Of a DNA stretch of 64,000 nucleotides, positions 57,620-64,000 are shown piece after piece (position 1 is the stretch's first letter; the number at the start of each line of letters is the position of its first letter). The stretch comes from Amoebophrya sp. A120. Its lineage: Eukaryota; Protista; Dinoflagellata. A program made the translations under genes and the position numbers. The stretch lies in contig CAJINV010000001.1 of assembly GCA_905178155.1 (NCBI GenBank), forward strand, positions 12,573,136 to 12,637,135, given 5' to 3'. The notes under the pieces were generated by a model that saw nothing but the letters and a program-made list of their open reading frames with translations, had not been told where the DNA came from and did no database searches.

Positions 57620-60424
57620 ATGGACAGCTCGCGTTTCTACCTAGTGACTGCACTTTTACTCAAGTTTACAAGATCGATATGCGTTCTTTTCTCGCTAGCA
57701 GCTTCTGCGGTCCTCCCGCGCATTCGTGCGGCCACTCTGGTGTTGTCACCCGATTGCAGTCGGCAGCTCTCGCAGGACACGTTGCGAGATTGCGTGGATT
57801 GGGAAGCGGGAAAGGATCTGTTGCAGCCGGGCTCCGGGCGTCTGGTGTGCACCTGCGGCGGCATAGTGCACAGCGACAGAGAAGCCGACGGTCGACCAGC
57901 CTTTCCGCCCGTTTTTATCGCATCCACCGAAGGAGCAGGATCTACAGAGCAAGATGGACGAGTACAGCTGGTGAAAAACACACCACCTCCGACCAGCGCT
58001 GGCTCCGCCACTTCGGCAGCGATGCTCGAGCGACTCCAGAAGCTCGAGACGATGCTGAATCTCCGCGAGTATCTGATCGAGCGCAAGCACGGCAAGGAGA
58101 GTCGGGAACAAGGCCCGTCCAACTCCAATATTAACGGGACAATAAACCGCCTGCTGGACAAGAAGCGGTGCGGATGGCCGGATGCGTGCCAGAGTGCGTT
58201 CTACCTGAAGGACCTCGCATTGGAGCTGATGGAAAGGCATCCCGATGGGAAAGACGCTCAGCTTGGAGTTCTGGAGCTCGGCGTGTTGGGGGGTAGCAGC
58301 AGCGTGTTTTTCGTCGGCATGTACCGGAAGGTCTACTTTGTCGACGTGTATCGCGAGCACCTGGAGACGGTCAGAAATGTGCTGGAGGAACTAAAACGCG
58401 ACGAGTTTTTATCCTCTGTGTTTACTAACGAAAATCCGGAACGAACAACTACAACAAGCATCAGCCTGGCTCTTGCTGCCGTTTCCTTCCACCACTTTGA
58501 TCTTTACGCCGAATCGTGGCGGCGAAACTTCGGGCAGTTTTATCCCGAGGGTGTTGCAGCCGACGTTGCTGTTGTGGACGCCGACCACCGGTACAGAAAT
58601 GTTTTGATGGATTTAGATAATTTGTTCCGGATCCCGCAACTGCACTACATCGCGTTGCACGATTTCGGCGTATCTGTGGACGTGCATCGCGCAGTGCTGG
58701 AGGTGCAGGCGGAAGGAAAAATGGAATGCAGGAAAGTGGATAGCGCAGGCTCTATGTCTACGAACACGATTGGCGTTATGCTGGAGCAGAACTGCCACTG
58801 GTTCGGGCGAGACGCGGCATTGTGGCAGGAAGGAATTTTTTGCCAAGTGCACAGAGAGAGGTCGCAGTTGCGTGACCGTCATGTTGGACTGTCGCGTAGA
58901 ACAAGTAGCCGCGACAGCATCTTCACAGAACCGCATACGGAAGAAGGAACTTTTCTCGACGATGGTGTGGGCGAAGATTATAATGCGGAGCAGAATCATG
59001 CAGGGCAGATTGTCGTAACCAGTAAGGTAGACGGGGACGTCGATTCAAGTGAGCGGTCCGTGTCAAACGGCGAAGAGCCTACAAATATCAGTCCCCGCTT
59101 TTCCGGCCAGGAGCTTTCCGTGCCGTCGCTTTCCGCCTTCCAGCAGGTCCCGGCGTATGGCGTAGCGGCAAACTTCGTCAGAGAAGGAGTGCGCGTCCGA
59201 ACTAACAACGGGGTCTATGTGCATGGGAGGGATGTGCAGCGACTTTATCAGACCGCGGTGAACGATTTGGTCCGCCGACTCGTGCTTCTCTTTTCCGGCT
59301 ACTGGTTGCACGGGACCACGGTGTGGCGCAACCAGGTTTTGGTCAATGCCGGGCACCGTCGGGAGTTCCTGCTTTTGCTGAAGCCCTTCCGCGGCACTGA
59401 GGAAGCAACGCCGGAAGTTACGCAGCTATACTCTCAACGTGCGCAGGTACTGTCGCAAGGCGTGTCAGAAGAGGAACAGTATCGTGTACTAAATCCCGGA
59501 CCAACACAATTTTGCTTTGACTTCGACCCCGAGCCCTTTCGGGACTACTTTCACACGGTCGGAAAAGAAATCGCGGATGTGGAGCGGCGCGCGGCAACAG
59601 AGTTCCTACAGAAGAATCTTCGTGGGGCTCCTCCGGAAGTTGATGCTGAAAAAAGCAAAAGTAGTGGCGACGGAATATTAAACGAAGAGGAGGAGGCTGA
59701 AGCGCTTTTTGCAAACGTCAGAGACGTTTTGTTTCGGTCCAACCAGCAAGGCCCGCAAGGAGAGAATGCGGAAAAGAACGGTATGGGCGGGAGTTTCCCA
59801 CCCTCTTCTGAGCTAGAAGCATTCACAAATACGCGGTTGAAGCGCAAGCTAGGACACCGTATTCCTGATTTCTCCCAGATCAGCACGCAGCCGTTTAGTG
59901 TGCACTTGCTCGACGTGAGTCTGTGTCCTGAGCTGTACAACAACGAAGGGGGCGAAGATGAAAACATACTAAACGGCGCAAAAAAAGATGAAACATCTGG
60001 GCGGTCTGCACCAAATTTGGACGCCTTGCTGGAAAAGGTGCTCTACGAGCATCCGAGTCGCTGTCGCTACGACCTGTTGCAGGTTTCACCCGCGAGCGGG
60101 AACACGACTGAAGCGGCGAGGAATTATCGGTTTCACGATTTCTGGACGCATGCGTGGAAATTTGTCTTTGCGAAGCCGGGAGCGCTGGCAGAGCAAGTAA
60201 AGTTAACTGCGGAAGAAGCACGAGTACCCGGTGCGCGCGTTAACACAAAAAATGTAGCGCAGTACCTTGAGCCAGGATGGGAGCTCCTACCTTCCGAGCA
60301 TTGGGGTAAACTCTATCTGCAAAAAGTGGGACGGACAGGCGTGTCGGGGGAAACTGTGCATCTGGTGAAGAAGCGAGACATTTTGACAACCACGCTAGCG
60401 CTGGATTACTTCTCGCAGTTGTAA
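57620..60424 (+). CDS. Class I SAM-dependent methyltransferase (Methyltransf_24-like) with hydrophobic N-terminus
   Basis: VLELGVLGGSS, YFVD, DVAVVDADHRY...DL and IALHDFG motifs. Confidence 0.75.
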   Translation: MDSSRFYLVTALLLKFTRSICVLFSLAASAVLPRIRAATLVLSPDCSRQLSQDTLRDCVDWEAGKDLLQPGSGRLVCTCGGIVHSDREADGRPAFPPVFIASTEGAGSTEQDGRVQLVKNTPPPTSAGSATSAAMLERLQKLETMLNLREYLIERKHGKESREQGPSNSNINGTINRLLDKKRCGWPDACQSAFYLKDLALELMERHPDGKDAQLGVLELGVLGGSSSVFFVGMYRKVYFVDVYREHLETVRNVLEELKRDEFLSSVFTNENPERTTTTSISLALAAVSFHHFDLYAESWRRNFGQFYPEGVAADVAVVDADHRYRNVLMDLDNLFRIPQLHYIALHDFGVSVDVHRAVLEVQAEGKMECRKVDSAGSMSTNTIGVMLEQNCHWFGRDAALWQEGIFCQVHRERSQLRDRHVGLSRRTSSRDSIFTEPHTEEGTFLDDGVGEDYNAEQNHAGQIVVTSKVDGDVDSSERSVSNGEEPTNISPRFSGQELSVPSLSAFQQVPAYGVAANFVREGVRVRTNNGVYVHGRDVQRLYQTAVNDLVRRLVLLFSGYWLHGTTVWRNQVLVNAGHRREFLLLLKPFRGTEEATPEVTQLYSQRAQVLSQGVSEEEQYRVLNPGPTQFCFDFDPEPFRDYFHTVGKEIADVERRAATEFLQKNLRGAPPEVDAEKSKSSGDGILNEEEEAEALFANVRDVLFRSNQQGPQGENAEKNGMGGSFPPSSELEAFTNTRLKRKLGHRIPDFSQISTQPFSVHLLDVSLCPELYNNEGGEDENILNGAKKDETSGRSAPNLDALLEKVLYEHPSRCRYDLLQVSPASGNTTEAARNYRFHDFWTHAWKFVFAKPGALAEQVKLTAEEARVPGARVNTKNVAQYLEPGWELLPSEHWGKLYLQKVGRTGVSGETVHLVKKRDILTTTLALDYFSQL

Positions 60425-61803
60425 ACAGCAGCGCTTTGAAAATTTGTGAAATTACTGCGCCGACCGATGGAGATCTATTTCACGGCCCCGTTTATAGTGC
60501 GCTTTTTTGCGCACAGACACGTTCACGTTTTGAACAGTTTAGTGTTTCTGTATCAGACGAAAAATTCTGAGAATATTCTTTTTTTTCTGCGCGATGTGAG
60601 TATTTTTTTTTTTCAGAAGTGAAGCATGAAAACGCGATTTACAAGTGAGGCGCATTCGATGCAGTCAAGCTTCCCAACCACTGGCGATGGTGTTTGTTTG
60701 TTTTTCCGCCTATTGTTGTATGTTTGATGCTCTAGAAAGCCTGGGAGATCAGTTGCGATAGCGCGACGCTCTTTATTGCAATTAAGATTCAACCTCAGTC
60801 ATTCTAGCAAAAAGCGAAAGATGTGAGAAGCGCCTCATCTTCTGGTACTGCTCTTCGTTGCATGCTGTGCCGGCAGCTACAATCGTGGTAAGCTCTTCAC
60901 GTGTTTGTGGTTGAAAATTGCTCTATGATCATTTCATGCTTATGAATGTTTTTTGCATGATGAACGCGTTGCGTGTGCGTGCGAGTAGGATAAAGTTGAA
61001 ACGTCTCAGTATTCAATCATTAATCATTCAAACCCAAATTTTTTAGGGAAGAACTTTGATGGCCTTATCCGCAGTCCTTTTCTACGCGGAGGCTATCGTA
61101 GGGAAACATATAATAATCTCAAAGGTCTTCGTCGTTGGTAGCTCGTAAGTGATCGAAGCGGCAGTGCCGTCGCTCTCTGTTGCTCTTGTTTTCTTGCTAA
61201 GCACAGGGACCTTGCGAGCATTCCGTGGTGCGTGGTGCCTGTCGATACAGAAGCAACTTAACATTGCTAATCGCGGTGCCGTTCTTTCTTGCTTGGGATC
61301 CGCTGCACATTCGGGTAGGAGTCATTCCCCTGCTGAATTTTTTTTGCAGCACGTCTGGCCGAGCCTTTCTCTCGCTCCTATCGAGTTGAGTCGTGGTCCT
61401 GTCTCAGCTGGTCTTCAACACGACCTCCGTGTGAGCCGACCCGAAAACCAATTCAGCCAGCACTTTCTTTTTACAACATCATTCAACCCGGTGGGCTTTA
61501 CACCGAGATTTTTTCAAACAGGCGAGGCCTCTTCGCTTCAACTACATCAAACACGCGTCTTTCATCTTCCTCTTTCTATGTGACGCCAGCAACACTTCTA
61601 CCAACGAGCGTCTCCAATCAGAAACATCAAGAACCTTCACATGAGTAAAGAACTTCAGAAAACCTCCACCCATCACTGCACAGCGTGGAAACAAGACTAA
61701 CACGACCAATCGACAAGAAGAATATATTAATTTCAGGAACAACTACAACACCTCCGTCCATCGCAACCCCGCACCTTCGTGCTACTCTCCAGTGCCCTAG
61801 AAG

Positions 61804-63765
61804 ATGAGCAGCTCACCGGGCCGCGAAAACATCTTGGACACGCCAGAGAGCGCGGAGTTGACTCTGGTGGACAGTCTGCTGCAAGCGGAAAACATTTACG
61901 AGAATTTGGAAACCACGACAGCCGCGGACAGCGAGCTGGCTAAGAAGCAAAACACAGCGAAAATAAATCCACCCGCTACTTCTGCCATGGACACCCACAA
62001 GCAGAACGATATGCAGCCCAAGGTGGACGAAAGTATAAACAAAAATCCGAAGCAAGCGCATAATCAGCAGCACACCAGTCCTGCCCGAACGCAAGGCTTT
62101 TTGAACACGGCGAAGCAGTTGGAAATCAGAGAAAAGACGCCCTACAGTAAAGGTGGAAAGAACAATGCCAAGGCTGCGAGGCGCATGGGGGAGCAGAGGG
62201 TAGGCAGCGGAACGGGAAGCGAATCCATCGTCCGGACTGGATCGTTCGCGACGGCCGTCGATGCCGAATCCGACATGGAACACGAGAGCGCCGAGGAACA
62301 CGCGAGCCCGGAACTGGGCAGGAAGGAAAAAAATAACAGTACTAAAATCGTCCCGCCGCAGAAGAAACCCAATAAGAAGCAACCTGCAGTTCTTGGCGAT
62401 AGTGGCATTAACAGTAGCAGTGAGGACAGAGACTACTCCTCGAGTAGCAGTCCAGGTAGCGAGAGCTGCAACAGCAAGTCTTACAACAACAGTAGTTCTT
62501 CCTACAGTACTAGCGGGAAGAATCGATACAACAATTATGACAATTGTAGCAGCGACGTCTTCAGCAAATCGCACCGGAAGATGACCCGCGCGGAGCAGGC
62601 AGCAGAGGCGATGAAGGAGCACCAGGTGGTCACTTGCGCGGACGCCAGTCCGGAGCACGAGGTTTCATCCCGAAGTTTGGTGCCGCCCTGGCAAAAAGAG
62701 GAGGGTGAGCCGCTGTGGGAACTGCGGGAGGTATAATTAGCTGCGGAGGTTTCGACGCTTATTCGACTGCTTCTACTTTTCGTGGCCAAGTTCCTTTGGT
62801 CGTGGTCCTTATTCGCATCAGGTTACTTTCGCTTTCAGTAATATGTCCGCTTTTGTCTCTACTAAAGAAACTGTCTATGACTTGTCTCAGGTGGTGATCA
62901 CGGCTTCGGCTGGGAATAAGCTAGCTTGGATCGCGCGGCCCAAGATCAAAGAGAAAAAGAAGAACCCCGTGAAAATAATCTTGGCAGACCACAGCGTTTT
63001 CAAGGTAATATAAGGCACTTCCGATATTACCAGGATGAGGTGAAACTGAATGAACGACCTACGACCACGGATGTTGAAGAGATTCATATATCAACATGAC
63101 TATGCCTTTGTTTTGGAAAACAAGCTAGAACAAGAAGATCCGGTGAGAAAAAAAATCACTCCTAGGTGCAAGTCGCGGAGCTGATCCAGGGCCGGTGCGC
63201 GCACATGGTCTTGTACCCGAATCCGAAGGAGAAAACCTGGGACGAGAAGGAAGATCGCAAGAAGGCGAGACGCAACGAGAGGTGGAACTCCCGAACCCGT
63301 GGCTCGGGTTCGGATGAACAAGGCACCAGTAATTCGGAACAGGAAAACAAAGCAGCGGAAGAACTTCCCATTGTGGGAGAAGAGCAAGAGGACTACACTG
63401 GAAAAATTCAGTCGCCCATTACTGTGACTGCGGTAAACAAGGAGTCGCAGCAGGTACAATCGCCCGGGGAAGCAGCAGCTGCTGGTGCTGCAGCGAGCTC
63501 TAGTACGCCGGACAAGAAGCTGAAAAAGGATGAAAACTGTGAAGATGATTCCTACACGTACTCGTCTAAAATGTTGGGCGCCCCCACCAGCACGCCGTTG
63601 AAAGAGGAGCCGCCGGTGGCGCTGTTCTACATCGAGGGCCGGTCGGATAACATCCAGAAAGCGCTCGAGGGTTTAGCGCGCTATCGCCAGTGCCACATCG
63701 AGTGCGTTGAGATCACAGAACACGTGTTTCAGCAGATTCGTTGGTCGCGAAGTACTGACATTTAG
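61804..63765 (+). CDS. Hypothetical low-complexity protein; exons 61804-62730, 62891-63004, 63166-63765
   Basis: Phase-0 GT-AG introns join the ORFs; no family recognised. Confidence 0.6.
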
Positions 63766-64000
63766 TACAACCGTTTGAGGCCGTTTCTAGAATAAAGAAA
63801 AATTTAGAATCTGCTAGAATCACATATGGATTGTTCTGTGCGTGGTTGTGTTTCATCGCGGACTTGTAAAATTCTGCCGTGAATCATTCTGCTGTTCGAC
63901 GAAAGAAACAAGTTTATTGTTTAAAATATCACCTCAATCAGTGTCGAACCCGCCGGGGTTTCTGGCCCAAGTGGTTTCGGAGAGCGGTATCGCCCAGGCG

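Overview
Eukaryotic, gene-dense window from an alveolate. CPW-WPC and SF-assemblin genes, short GT-AG introns and about 18 genes all on the + strand suggest a parasitic syndinian dinoflagellate such as Amoebophrya (inference). The dominant signal is 12 non-autonomous terminal-inverted-repeat elements of about 215-320 bp, in 4 TIR families. All begin TAT and end ATA, all are flanked by a 5-bp direct repeat, and they occur in both orientations. Eleven sit inside exons and one sits on a splice acceptor. Removing the element plus one repeat copy restores the reading frame in every case, yet no such removal has GT-AG or GC-AG ends, so they behave as non-canonical 'introner' introns or DNA-excised elements. 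This general class has been reported in Amoebophrya (recalled from the literature, not checked). Additional details visible here: a TGTNATGC motif shared across families, asymmetric decay of the direct repeats, and two nested insertions. Recognisable genes: PqiA-like membrane protein, CPW-WPC, SF-assemblin, PfkB kinase, EF-hand protein, histidine phosphatase, Yippee, Hv1-like proton channel with a very large S1-S2 loop, DOT1-like methyltransferase, LPCAT-like acyltransferase, WRAP53/TCAB1, CYTH/ThTPase and a Methyltransf_24 protein. A 3.5-kb repeat-bounded composite island with a palindrome array lies at 16.8-20.2 kb. All calls come from manual reading; no searches were run.
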